Positions 29,701 to 44,700 of a DNA stretch of 64,000 nucleotides are shown piece after piece. The notes below the pieces were generated by a model. It did not search any database, was not told where the DNA came from, and worked only from the letters and a program-made list of their open reading frames with translations. The translations under genes and the position numbers were made by a program. Source of the DNA: an uncultured Christensenellaceae bacterium (GTDB lineage Bacteria > Bacillota > Clostridia > Christensenellales > CAG-1252); NCBI GenBank assembly GCA_964561145.1, contig CAZLNZ010000005.1, forward strand, positions 3,449 to 67,448. Direction: 5' to 3'. Position 1 is the stretch's first letter. Each line of letters opens with the position of its first letter.

Positions 29701-32700
29701 AACGTTAATGTAAATTGGATTGATAACAGCATCGGAAATGTCGATGTAGTATTTACCTTAGGCGGAAGTGATTCCTCCAACTTCACCATAATGAATTGTG
29801 AGGATTCATATACTACTTCTGACGGTATAATCAATCCTAAGACCATATCAGTTAACTGGCAAATAGACGGAATGGATATTGACTCTGTTATTTATGACGG
29901 AAATGAGCATACCGCTTTACCGAGTATATCAGACCTTGTACTAGGTGAGGATTTGACAATTTCTGTTGTTAACAACATCTATAAGAATGCCAATGCCGAT
30001 AACGGAAGAATTATACTAAGTGGCAAAAACAGCTACATTTCATCCTTTGAATTGTCAAACGGTGAAAACGGAAATGCTCTGAACTACACATTGCTTGACG
30101 AAAACGGAAATACAATCGAGGGTGCAAACTTCACTTGGACTATAACGCAAAAGGCAATTAACTCCATTAAATGGAGTAGAAGTGACGGTGAGTGGAATGA
30201 ATACACCGTACCTTACTCTGCTAAGTACTATACTCTCACACCTTCTTCTTCAGATGTACTCGAGGGTGATTATATTTCCTTCATGGTGGAAAACAATTAC
30301 AAGTTTAATGTAGGCGAGTATACCGCTATTGTAAGCGGAATTGATGGAAATTCTAACTATTACTGGAATGCTCATAGAGTAACCCAAGAGTGGAGTATTA
30401 CACCTGTAGTTGTTGAAATCAACTGGAGCGAGTATAAGAGTGGCGGTAATTCCTTTACAAACAACAAGGTAGTATATGACGGTGAGAACCACGGATATCA
30501 AATCGAAGTAAAAGGAATATTGTCCGCAGATACTAAGGTAGCTTACCAAATCAGCATAGATTCTGCCGTGTCTAGCGGAGTTAGAGTGCAAAACTCCATT
30601 GCATATGCAACACACACGGGTATATACACCGTTTCAATTGAGTTGATAAGCGATAATGAAAGACACAAGAACTACACTGTTTACAATAATATAAGTTCTA
30701 AGACCTTTGAGATCACTCAAAGAGCGTTGACTATTTCTGTTAGCGATTACAATGATGATCTAATAGCTTCTGCTTGTACTTATGACGGAAATAATCACGG
30801 ATTTGTTATTACAATTAACGGTCTGGTGGAAAACGACGATATCTTCTCATATGTAGTAGGTTTCGACCATCCTACAAAGGATGGTAGTTACAATGCTATA
30901 CATAAGGATGCAGGCACTTATTCAATCGGTTATACCATTGTCGATAGCTATTCTGACTACAGTATCCAAGGAGAAAGAATTTTTGAAAACACTTGGACAA
31001 TTTCTAAGGCATATATATCAGTATCCTTTGACGGCACTACAAGCGGAAGATATCAAGGCTCTTATTATGAACGTGTTGCAACATTTAGCGGTATCGCAGG
31101 TAATGAAACTCTTGGTGTAACCTTTACTGCTACAGGAAGTCCTGAGGTTGTCGGAAATATAAGCGGTAGTACCGCCTATGTATCTTCAACCGAAGGATTG
31201 ACCTATAAGGGGTTGAACGTTGGCACTTACTCGATTACCATTAGCGGTATTGTTGACGGAACAGGTCTTGCAGATAACTATATATTTATCGATTACAATG
31301 TTGAAGAAGTCAAAGATAGCATAACTATAGGAAAGGCATATTTATCCGCAAACTTCCAAGGAACGGCAAACGGAATTTATAACGGCAGTGCCTATACACG
31401 TACCTTGGTAATCGATGGCTTAGCAGACGGCGAAGACTTGAACTTTGAAATTTCTTCAGTCGGTAATCCTACTGTAACCCCTGCCGTAAGCGGTAACGTG
31501 ATTAACGTAGGAAAGGGCGATATTATTACCTATTCGGGTATTGATAGCGGTGTTTATAGGTTGTCAATTTCCTCCGATATTCAAGACGGTACAAAAGGTC
31601 GTGCCTCTAACTATACCTTTATAGGAGAGCCTATTGAGGATTCTATTACCATATCTAAGGCAATGCTCGGCATCGAGTGGAGCGGTTCAAGTATCGGAAT
31701 ATACAACGGTACACCTTATGAAATGATAGCAACTATTACCGGCTTTATCGGAGATGAATGTATAAGGATTAAGGGAGTTGCCGATGGTGATATTAAGGTT
31801 GATAAATTAACAGACGGATATGCGACCGTATCTGCTTTAAGTAATCAAATCTCCTTTAGTGCTATAAACGCAGGAAATTATAGCCTAACATTGCTTGAAC
31901 TTGCAGACGGTGATAACGGCGGAATGGCTGAAAACTACTTCATGAATTTTGAAAATGACGGAGTAGCACAATTGACAATTTCCAAGAAGGCTCTTACATT
32001 GAAGCTTGAGTCAAGTGATAATTTGTATACATCAAGTGACAACAACTCCTTTGTTTGGACTTATGACGGAATAAAGCACGGTGTTAATATAAGCTTTAGC
32101 GGCGTGATTGATGGAGATTCTGTTTCTGTTTTGTATACCTTAAATGGCGGTGCTAATAAGGTTCTTAACGTTAGCGAGAACTTTGGTTCAAATACCGTAG
32201 GAATTAACAGCATTATCATTAGTTCAACATTATCTGGAGGTAAGAGTGATAACTACTTCTTAACCCTTGACGGAACTAGTGCGTGCGTAAATGATGTCAT
32301 ATATACCTATACAATTAAAAAGAAGACCTTATCCATATCTTGGTCTGAAGATCGTCAATGGACTTATGATGGTAACCTGCATAATGTAACAGTAACAGTT
32401 GAGGGTATTGTAGAGGGTGACGAGCTTACCTTTAGTTATAAGGACGGCGAGCATAGCGGTAACTTTACAGCTAGCAGTAACATCTTCTCAAGGAAAAATG
32501 CAGGAAGTTATACGGTAAGCATAGAGGAAGTCTATGGTGAAAAAGCAGAGAACTATTCTTTAAGTAAATCGGAGATAAGCTTTGAGATATTAAAGCAGAG
32601 CTTAATTTTGACTTTAGAGTCTAGTAACAGCAAGGGCAAAGGTGCGTATTCCGATCTTTTCGCTTGGACTTATGACGGAGAAGAACATGGTGTTATCGTA

Positions 32701-35700
32701 GCTCTCGAGGGAATTGTATTGGGTGATGAAATAACCTTAGCGTACACCCATAGCGGAGTAAACGGTAGTGCTAGCTTTACAAATGATAATAAGAATCTAT
32801 TCGCTTCAACCGATGTTGGTGAGTATAAGTTGGTACTTAATGCCGAAATGAAAGGAGTGGATTCCGCAAACTACGAGCTTACAGGGGTAACCGAGAACGT
32901 AGAAAAGGATTACCGCATCGATAAAGCACCTCTAACCCTTACCGTTAACGTTACAGCGGGTTATAGTAATGTAGACGGAACTTATACTTGGACATATAGC
33001 GGTAGCGAATATGGTATCATCGTAAATGTAGACGGCATTGCCTTAGGTGATGACGTTAGGTTGACTTATACCGAAAATAACGGAACAGAAATTGAAGCAC
33101 TTCTTATCGAGGATTGGCAGAAGTCCTTCTTAAGCACAAATGTTAAGTATTCCTTAATAGAGATAAGCAATCAATTAAGAGGCAGCGATAGCGAAAACTA
33201 CCAAGTATATTATGAAGGTAATGTACTTAATGCTTCATTGCGTTACTCATTGAGTATAATTCCTAAGACTTTGACTTTAGATTGGAGCAATTCAGTTGCA
33301 CAATCGGGTGATGGTACACTTGCTTCTCCCTATATTTATTCCTACAATGCTTCCGAGCACACAATAATCTCAACGATAAGCGGTATAATCGATGGTGACA
33401 TACTGACAGTTAACTATCTTGACGGAGATAAAGTTATAAGCCTAACTTCTTCCTCCGATAGTATTTCAAAGAGTTTCTCTAGAATCGCTGCAAGTGACAA
33501 TGCATATCTTGCAAGCATTGCATCGATTTCCGGCGATAAGGCTATTAACTATACCTTGGATACGTCTGAGGTTTACTATAAGATTAATCGCAAGGTATTG
33601 ACCGTTTCCGCAACGCCTAGTAGCAATGCTAGCGGTGAGGGAAGTAAGAGCAGCCCCTATACTTGGGAATATGACAAACTCTTACACGGAATAAGCATTA
33701 AGGTAGAGGGATTAATTGCGGGCGACGATGTCAAGCTTGAATATACGGATAACGGCGTGGCGGGAAGTAAGGCATTTGTCGGTGAATCTGTTGAGATTAA
33801 CTTTAGGAATTCGGCGGTTGGTTCCGAATATACTGCTTCCTTGTCCTCAACGCTTAATGGACTCGATAAGGATAATTATTCATTGTCTGCAGATATAACA
33901 ACCTATTACTATACAATTAATAGGAAAACGATCACATTGAAGTATTATTTCACTACTGGTTATACAGGAATTGGTACAGCGGAAAGCCCTGTTACTTGGG
34001 GTTATACGGGCGCTGAATACGGAATGGTATTTGAATTCGTCGACTTTATTTTCGGGGACGATGTAAAGGTAAGCATAGGCGACAAGGATTATCTTGTTGA
34101 AAGTATGTTGACCATATCCAATAAATACGCAGGTAACTATAACCTAGTATTCAACGGCTTAACGGGTACCGATAGCGGTAACTATCGCTTGGTATTTGAT
34201 AACGATGTTGAATTTACCGAGGAACAAACCTATTATATGCAGATTGACAAGGCGGAGCTTACACTCAATTGGACCCTATATAACGAATCGGGCAGTGCTC
34301 TGAAGGCTTCCGGTGACATTATCGAGTACGATGCTATATCTCACGGCTTCAAGGCAACTCTTGGCGGTACAATTTATGGTAATGACGATGTTTATTTGTC
34401 AAGTAATTCGGTTGGATTCGAGTCTATAGACTGTGGGAGAACCATAGAATTCTATTATGCTTCGGTTGGAAACTATACTATCGAAATCAACGGACTAGGC
34501 GGGGATAATTCCGAAAACTATGAACTTAAGTCTGATGATTTAACTAGAATATTTGAAATTGACAGAAGAAAGGTTGTATTGAATGTTTTCAAGTATACCG
34601 CAGGTTCAAAAGGTGAAAGCTTTAACGGCACGTCATATACTACAATTTATGACGGATTAACCCATGGTTATTCTATTGATATATATGGTATATTGGATAA
34701 CGATGAAGGTAAAGTATCTCTAGGATTCGGTGAATACAATTGTCAAAGACATAACACTGAAGTTAGCTTCTATGCAAAAGATGTTAGGGATGCCGACGAA
34801 TCCGCTTATAGTGTTGTGGTAAGAAGTGAGTTACAGGGTGATGCAAGTGGAAACTACAAGCTTGTAGATTTATCAGGCAAGGAGTATTCCTCCGATATTA
34901 CGTTGACTTTTACCATAAAGAAAAAATCCTTGACGTTGAAATGGTATAAGTATATTAACTCTATGGGCAACGAATACTCTTCAACTTCTCTTGAGGTCGA
35001 GTATAACGGTGGTGAGTACGGTTATGGTGTATCAATCTATGGTGTTATAGGTTCCGATGAGGTTAGTCTAAAAGCCGTAGGCGATGTTAAGGGAGAGACA
35101 TATGACGAGCACACTATTGTTTTTGTTGCTAGCAACGTAGGCACATACACCGTTGGAGTAAGTGCAGCTTTAGATGGAACTGCTGCACAAAACTACTATT
35201 TGTCCTATAATGGTGAAAGGGTAACAGATAAAATATCGAAGAGCTTTAAGATTACGCCTCGCGCGTTAACTTACGAGTGGGTGGAGTACAATCCGACTCT
35301 TACAACATCATTTGTTGATAACAAATTGACCTATGACGGCAATATTCACGGATTCACCTTTGTCATTAACAACCTTGTTGACGGCGATAAAGTCAATGTA
35401 CCTATTTCGGGAGCAGAATTCTATGGTTCTACAGCTGGCTCCTTCTCTTATGGTGCGAAAAAGGCAGGAAGTTATACACTTAAGGCATCTCTTAACGGTT
35501 TGACGGGTGACGATAAGGATAATTATTATTTTACCGAAAATGAAGCGACAATTACCTTTAATATCAATAAGAAGGATATAAAATTCACATGGGTTCAATA
35601 CAATCCTAGCAACACCAATGCCCTAATAGAGCAAGCAGGCGGTACCGCTTATGAAAAGACATATTATGTAGAGTATGATTCAAAGCGTCACGGCTTTGGT

Positions 35701-38700
35701 TTCACAATGACCGGGGCTATATCCGGTGATAATGTAAGCGTTAACGTTACTTGTAACAACTGTACAAAGGATGAGGACTCATATAATTACTATATGGTTA
35801 ATGCCGGTGTAGGTACAATAACAGCTAATTCCACATTGACCGGTAGCGATGCAGCAAACTATAAGTTAGTAGACCTCTTTGGCAACGATATCGACATAGC
35901 ACAGGTAAGAACTATTGAAATAACCAGAGTTAAGTTGTATATTAACTGGACCCCTTATAATTCATCCGATACTGCGGATTATAATAAGATTACAGATGTC
36001 AACAATATTGTCGAATCGGACGGAAATGCACACGGTTGGGAAGTAACCTATAGCGGTAATATTCCTAGCGGTCAATCCTTTACAATATCTATCAATGATA
36101 GTTACTATGAACGTGACGAAGACGGTAAGAAAGTTGAAGTCGAATTAAGTTCGTATCCGAAAACGACTATAGGTTCTAGTGCTACTTTAAATAAAACTAG
36201 CATATCTTCCGGTATGCGTTATTCTACAAACAAAGTTTGGAAAACTATCGAAGTTGATGAAGAAACCAAGAAGACCACAATTATCAATCCTATTAATATA
36301 TACATCAAGATATCTGCAAAATCAGGAACAAGCGAGTCTAACTATAGCATAGTAGATGGAACCGATGTAATCACTTCTTCCGATTGGACAACAGATATTT
36401 GGGAGAACCCCGATTACAATCAAAGTGAAACTTTCCATAGAACATGGACAATAACTCCCGCCTTCGTTCAATTAAACTTCTACAAGATTGTAAACGGAGA
36501 ATTCGAAACTACTGCGGACAAGGCTTCCTCCTTTACAGAAATGTATACAGGTCTAACCTTCGGTTGGGCTGCAGCAATTACCACTTCTTCAGGAGCTCAA
36601 ATAAGCAATACTAAGGATGTCGGACTAAATTCGACCTATACCTACGATAATGCATTTACTAATACCTCTATCGAAGCAAAGAATTTCTTGACTCATCAAA
36701 CCAGCACGCAAGATACTCTACTTCAAATGGTATTTATGCAGACTGCGGTAGTAGGTACATATGAGTTTACCATAACCGGTATTACCGGTTCCGATGCCGA
36801 CGACTATGTACTACGCTATGACGGTAACTCCTACGATGGCGAGATTTCCATAACTCGTTCCTTTACGATTAGTCCTCTTAATCTCAATGTAACCTTTACA
36901 ATAGATGGTGTAAAGGATAATCCGAGAGATTTTGTCTATAACGGAAAAGATCACACTATGGGAATATTCTTTGAAGGCTTGAAGAAAGAGGAATATTTTA
37001 ATATAGAACGAAAGAATAGTGATGGTGTTATCACATATAAGCAAACATATGATGCCGGATGGAGTCTTGATAATACTCTCGGATATAGCTTCTCTCCGTC
37101 CGAGTCGGGTACTGTAGACGGAACCAGGTTATATCTTCCCTTTAAGGATGTAGGAGAATATCAGATACTAATCGGTTCATTTAAAACCGCACATGTTACA
37201 GTTCATGAGGCAACACAGAAATCCTTCTTATGGTGGAAATGGTATAATGAGAACGATTATGATTATTACGTAGATTTAGGTACAATTTATACTTTACAAT
37301 TCGTATCGGGTTCACCAACAAACGTAGTAAACGTAACACCTGAGGAGATTAAGGTCGAGAGAGGATTTATCGCAGGTGAGGACGTCATATATGAGAATAA
37401 CGAGCCTGTTATACCCTACGATGCAACAACGCATACATTCCTCTTTAAGTTGGACGGAAACAATATAAGTAGCGATTCTGGAACAATTAAGACCTCCTTA
37501 GGAGAAACCTTACGTTACACAAGAACGGGTACTTATGAGGCGATAAATGCTAATGCCAATTCTTCAAGGAAACCTATTTCTGCACCTTATACGGTAGAAG
37601 TGTCACTTCGTGATAATGGTGAATACAAGGCGTCCAACTATTCAATTACGTATGTATCTCAAAACTGGTATATTTCGCAGAGCAGTTTGCAGATATCGGT
37701 TCAGGGAATCAATTCCACAGTGGATAATTCCTATAACGTATACGATGGTTTAGACCATGGTTTCAGTGTCAACATATTGGGTTGGATATATGAGGCGGAT
37801 GGTTCTCAGCTTGTAATCAAACATAACGGAAAAGATGTAACCAACTCCTTCCAATTTGCTATCAACGGACATGGTGACAGTGATATTAAGAATCAAACAA
37901 AGTCTTATACTCATACTAATATCGGTAATTATTCGTTAAGCGTAGTATTCTCTAACAGTTCCGCAAACTATGAATTCTCACTTGTCGACGATAATCAAGA
38001 ATCCGACGGAGTAAAGAATTGGTCAATCACTCCTCGTAAGATATCACTAGATTGGGAAACAGAAAATGCAGACGGAATAGAAGGTAGCAACCAATTAACG
38101 TACACAAGCGGAAGTATTAATAATGTTGTCTATGATAGTTTGTATCGTAGACTAAGTGCAAACATTATTAATCTTGCTCCTTCCGATACACCGATTCTAG
38201 TCGGTCAAGCCAATGCTGAAACTAAAGGCTCTACCAAGACAATAACTGCAAAGTACTCCTTGTCGGACACCGTTTTATTAGTTACAGCGACCTATACCTC
38301 TTATGTGGATAACTTCTTTGATGGCTTTGAGTTTGCGGATGATTTGTATAGAATTACCGGTCTAAACGCGGGACTTTATTCTATTTCCTTTGAGATTTCC
38401 ACCGGTTCTAACTATTCTATGGAGAGAGAAAAGGTTAGCTTTACAATCGAAAGATTAACGCAAACTGTTACTTGGAGATATGATAACGAAGTCGTATCGG
38501 GAGCAACCTTGACAAAAGACTATGATGCACTGACTCACTTGTTGACCGCTGAGATGAAATCCAACTCTCAAGCAACCGTTTCAATAGGTGGCTATGCTGT
38601 AGATAACTCTAATGCTGTTATTACGGAAAAGGGTGTAGAGGTAGTTAATGCTGGCAGCTATAAAATAAATGTCTCAGGCGGAATAGTTGCTGTCGGATCT

Positions 38701-41700
38701 CAAAACGAGATTGCAAACAACTATGCTTTATCGGGCAATGTCGAGTTTACCATTAATATCAATGCATTGCCTATAACGATAACCTCTAGTATAGTGGATG
38801 CGTATGCAAGCAATAACTTGGCAAACACTGATGATATACTTGAGTATGACGGCAATGTTCATGGTATTACTTATACCATCAAGGGAATTCTTCCTTCCGA
38901 CAATGCGATTATTTCCTACCTGTTTGAAGGTGGTATTGCATCGGACGATGACAGTAACGGAAGAGTTCTTACCTTTACGGGTAAAAATGTTCTCACAAGC
39001 GGTGGCGGGTGGTATACCGTCAAATTGGTAATTAGTGAAAGCTCCAACTATACCTTGAACGGAAATACCCTTGAGGCAACAACTTATGAGTTTAGATGGG
39101 GATTGACTCCTAGAAAGATAATAACTGTTTGGAATACATATAACGAAGAGGGTTCGGCTTTGTCCTTCAAGACAGGAAATGATGACGGTAGCCTCAAGTA
39201 TGACGGATATTATCACGGATATACTGTTAATTATTCCGGTGTAGTTGCCGGTGAAGAAATAACCTTCAATAGAGTTATGTCTAACAGTATTTCTCTGAAC
39301 GGTGGAAATACCGTAGCCGCAATCAATCAAGGCTCATATACATTGAAGGTATCAATTTCGGAAGCAGACACCAACTATGTAATTGACGGAGTCAGCGAAA
39401 GAAGCTTTACAATAGAAAAGCGAAGCTTGATAATTGACATTAGCGAGTATCATTCAGGCGGAACGGAGAACTTTAACGAGGTGTCCAAGGAGATTATCTA
39501 TAACGGTTACAGCCATGGTTACAACATTTCTTTAGGTGGTGACTATATTATAGAGAAGGATTCCAACTTGATAACGTTGTTATTCAACGGCGAAAGGGTA
39601 GAACCCTTAAAGGGTAATAATGTTCTGTCTGCTAAAGATGTTTTGAGAAATGGCGAAAGCGTAAGAAATTACGCCTACAAGCTCGATTTCTCTAATCCTT
39701 ATGACAACTACCTATTGCTTAACTCCGATAATACCGCATATAGCGGAGAAACGGAGGGCGAGTGGACAATAGTTCCAAAGAAACTTGACATTAAGTGGCT
39801 ATTGGATGGAGAGGAAAAGGATTCTGTAACCTATGACGGAAAGCCTCATACCGTAACCGGTTCAGTAGAAGGCGTATGTGAAAGAGAGCGCTTATCTATA
39901 AGCTACAGCGGCTTGATGCAAAGCGGTGCTAATGCAACTCCTTCGAAGGAGGTTCTTGGAGAAATCGGAGTATATATTTCTAATGCCATTATCGATTCTG
40001 ACAGCGGAAACGTAAATAACTACTCTGCAGAAAACGCTTCCTTTGAATGGTACATTTTACAGCGTGCAATTAGCGGAGTGGAATGGAAACTTGATGGTGT
40101 TGTAATAGGCGAGGAGGAGAATGTATCCAAGCTTTATGACGGAGTTGTTCATACATTAGAACTTTCGTTAATGGGCTTAATTAACGGCGATGATGTACAA
40201 ACAGCAAAGGACAGCACGATAGTATCATCTTGGAGCAATCGAAACGTCGGAGAATATGTAGCTTCCGTTAACGAGATCGTCGGAAAGGATGCAACCAACT
40301 ACTATATTGAAACCATAGTACACAACAAAGCTTGGAGCATAACCCCAAGACCTCTTAATGTGGTTTGGACTATCGATTATGGCTATACACAGGAGTCAGA
40401 ACTTGTTTACGATGCTAAGAGTCACCAAATCAAGGGAGTTTTGGAGGGACTTGTCGATTCAAGAGCTGAAATTAATATCGGGGCACTTACGATACTTGCT
40501 AAATGCGAAACCTTAGGTATAGTATTGATGGAGAATAACACAATCGACTGTAAGAATGCAGGAGAGTATGCTTATACCATTGAGACCATAACCGTCTATG
40601 ATGAAAACGGAATAGACGTAACTGAAAACTATCAACCTGTCGAGGAAAGCAACAGAAGCGTAAAACTTACAATTTTGAAGAAAACCATTACTGTTAGCTA
40701 CACTTGGACAAGCTGGGCAAAGGATGAAAACGGAGATTGGTATATGACGGTAATTGATGTGAACGGATCCATCGATACGGTATCTTATGATAGAAATCGT
40801 CCTAGACAGCTTACAATCACCTTGTCAGGAACATACGACGAAGATGATGTTAAGCTTCCCGATAGCATTTTAAATAGTGGCTTCTCTCAAAGCAATCCTC
40901 ATACTGCCGATGGAAATCTTTGGGGCAATGCCTCCAATATTAAAGGCTCTGTAAAGATGAATTACGAGTCTAATGTTGACGACTACATGGGTGATGTTTA
41001 TTACATCGGTAACGGAAGCAGTGCGACCTTTAACGGTACAGCCTCCGGTATTTATTCCTTTGCTATATCAGACTTCTCTTCCGATAACTATACCCTGGAA
41101 AATAACAGAGTAAGCTTTACTATTTCCAGACAGGGAGATGCACTTGGCGATTCTCTGGAGATGAAGTGGTATTACACTAACGAAAATATCTATATCGGAG
41201 AACCTCAAGAATATACCTCTTCTTTGACCTATAACGGATTCTACTACACCGTTTATGCTAAACTCGTAAGCGGTAGCGGAGATATCGACGACATAGGATT
41301 TGAGTATTCTACATTCCAATATACTACAGATTACGAAAGCGGTGCTCTTGCTACGAATACTATGAAGAATGCCAATAAGTACAGAGAAGAGATCAATAAC
41401 TATGACTTCTATACCACAAGCATTATAGCAATTACCTATGGCGGTGAAGTAGGAAGTGGCGATATAACAGAGCAACGTAACAGCTTTGTTAACAACTATG
41501 ATTTATCGGAGTCTGAAAGTTTCTTCTATCTTGAATGGCAGATTAAGCCCAAGACCATAGATAGTAATTATCTATATTGGGAGCTTGACGGAAACGAAGA
41601 AGTCGAATATGTGGAATATTCTAGCAGATACGGTTCAATTAAGTATCTATCGGTAACAGACGGAAATAAGTTGCTCTTCTATAGCGAGGACGGAAAGAAC

Positions 41701-44700
41701 TTTGAAATAGCAGATAGCTATTATATCCAATATGCCGATGAATATAGCGACAATCTATATGTAAGAAATGGTAATACCTATGTTCTGTATGATGAAGAGT
41801 TACATGGTGTAAGACGTGCAGAAACCGCAACAACAAGCGGTTATCGTCTATACTATAGAACAGGTTCTTCCGGTAACTACGCATATTCAAAAGCAACGGA
41901 AGTCGAGGTCGCTAGAGCTGCAAGTATTGCTTTAACTACCACGGCGACAAAAGCTCGTCAAAGCGGTGATGATAACGAAAGCGAGTCCACTCTATATATT
42001 ATTAGGGACAACTATTACAGAGTAACATATGATGCACGTGAGCATAGCATGAAGCTTGTTTACGAAGGATTTGCTATAAACGATGATGTTCAATTTACCT
42101 ACAATGGAGATAACGCACAAACCAATGCATTCGACAATTATTATGTTTCAATTCTTGGCTTAAGTGGCAGTGACAGCTCTAACTACATTTTGGAGAATGG
42201 AGAAAACATTTCTCAAAACTGGAGTATTTCAAAACGCACCCTAACTCTGGTTACCGACTACAATTCCTCCTTCTATGAGTATAACGGAACAACCGATAGA
42301 GCTGTAACTGTACTTGTAAACGGATTGAGAAAAAATGATTCCATAAGACTTGATATGAGCATTACTTTGGGAATTTCAGCTAATCTCGATTCCGTATTGC
42401 TTGAGGCAACGAGCAAGGGCGGAGAGGGACAAGCTCAATATGTAGTGCTATCAGGAGATAATAATTACTTTGATATCAAGGTATTGCATGCCGATATGTA
42501 CTCGATAATCCTACAAACCGCACAAGCTCTAACGGGCGACCTAGCAACGAACTATGAGTGGGAGGACGGTATCATAACAGGTATCAACTTCGTTATCGAA
42601 AGAAAGGAAATTGATGTTGTTTGGTATGAGTATAATGCCGGACAACGCTTAGAAACTCAAACTAATTACTCGGTAACCTATGATGGAAAGGAGCATGGCT
42701 ACGAGGTTGTAAGTGACGGCATTTGCGAGGTTGACTTGAAAAATAATATTCTTCTCGATATAACCTGTACAAATGCAATCGTTAGATCGGGTATGGTTTA
42801 TGCGAAAGATGTTAACTTCTCCGATGGAGTTAAGTCTTATGACGTAAGCGTATCCATCGATAGCACCGATTACACATTGAAATCCAATCGTAACAGCTTT
42901 ACAATTTCTCCTGTAAGGATATCCTCACTTCATTGGAGTTTAACCGATGAGGACGGTGTATCCGGAGAATATATCGATAATCTATATAAGACAACCTATA
43001 ACGGAAAGCTTTGGAGCTTGGTTGCAACACCCGATGCAAGTCAATTTATAGACGGCGATACCTTTAATGTGGTATACAGAAATGAAGGAGCTTATAAGGC
43101 AAGTGCTATAGACGTACTTGTGGATGCCGGTGTTGAAACAAAGTATACTGCCACAGTTATAGGTCTCGGTAACAATAACTACGAATTGGCACCCGAGCTT
43201 GTTTCCAATGGTTTGGATTCTCAAAACTGGATTATTTACAAGGCGAGAATTGACGTTCAATGGAGTCAAGAGTGGATTTTGCAATATACCGGTAATACGG
43301 TAGATGCCAAGGGTTATGTAACCGTGCTCGGTCGTGATGTCGATAACAACGGATTCAATTCAGAATTGTATCTCATCGACGGAAGTCGTTTCACCTATAC
43401 CCCCTTTGTTGCCGGCGTGACTTCTTCTACGGTTAGAAATGCAGGTACCTATCTATTCGAGATCGTATTAGAAAATATTGCTGAAGATCTGGATATCAAT
43501 AAAGAGATAGCTACATCGTTGATTAACAACTATAGTATCTATAGCGACAATGAGTTGGTAAGAGTTTCTTTGACAAAGACGATGACAATCAATCCTTCCC
43601 CTGCAAGCGTAAACTGGAAGCTTATTGACGAAAACGGTAACGATACATCTGCTGTTTATGATGGTACCATAAAGTATGCTCTTCCCGAGTTGAGCTTGCT
43701 TGGAAATGATAATGAAGTAGTACAACATGCAATAAATAAGTCTCAGATAGGTAGTTCTGTAGTTACAAATGCCGGAAGATATACCGACAACGTTCTTGAT
43801 CTTTCAGATGACGGATTTAATAGCATAAGAAACAACTATGAGCTTTCCAACCTTACAGCAGACATTACTATAAGTCAGGCGAGCCTAGATGATTACTTAA
43901 CCTTCGAGATAAGCGAAGAAATCGCATCGTTGTACGGTCTTATTTATAGTGAATCGCAAGGCGGATACGTTGCGACCTATAATTATGGAACAATATATCA
44001 TTTCTTCGTAGAAAGGAAACTCGATAACGGCAACGTTGTTTTGTGGGCAGATAAGAAGCTTGACGGACTTGCTAACGCGTCTTATGCTTATCAAAACATT
44101 CCTTATATCTATAGCAGTGCTAATCCGGCTGACGGGGATATAGTGATTAATTACCATGGTGGACATGCAAGCTTTAAGCTTGGCAATGTAACTGTTGAGG
44201 ATAACGGAGTGGTTCGGGCTTCCTCCGAAAAGTATACAATAACCGCGACCGTAGGCGAAACTGCCAACTATTATGGTTGGTCTAAAGAAATAAGCTTCTA
44301 TATCGAAAAGGGTAGTGTCACCTTGTACATGAATAACGGAGAACCTGTCGATTACAACGGAAACGACAGAACTACCTTTATTACAGGAGAAAAGGAGAGC
44401 ACGGATAAATATACAAACTTGCCCGACGGAACCTCTTTCAGTGCTAGCTATACTGCCAATTGGACACCTTATGGAAGGGTTTTAGGAGACTTTGAAAGCG
44501 TTATAATCGGAAATGACGTGTTACAATTAAGAAATGCGGGTACATATAACATAGTTGCATCAATTGATTCCTCCGTTTATCCTAATTACAACATTGTTAT
44601 TATTCATGAAAACGGAGACAGTGCATCATTTGAAATACTTCCCAATGTAAGTGTGGTCGCTTGGTCTAATCTTAATGAGCTGGTATATAACGGATATAAC

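Noticed and set aside
38728-39330. 200-aa minus-strand ORF, plus many 60-156-aa ORFs on both strands inside 1-49560
   Set aside because: All of them lie fully within the giant CDS. Their sequences are low-complexity with odd composition, and I see no RBS or family motifs. ORFs like these are expected by chance opposite a 49-kb ORF with biased codon usage.
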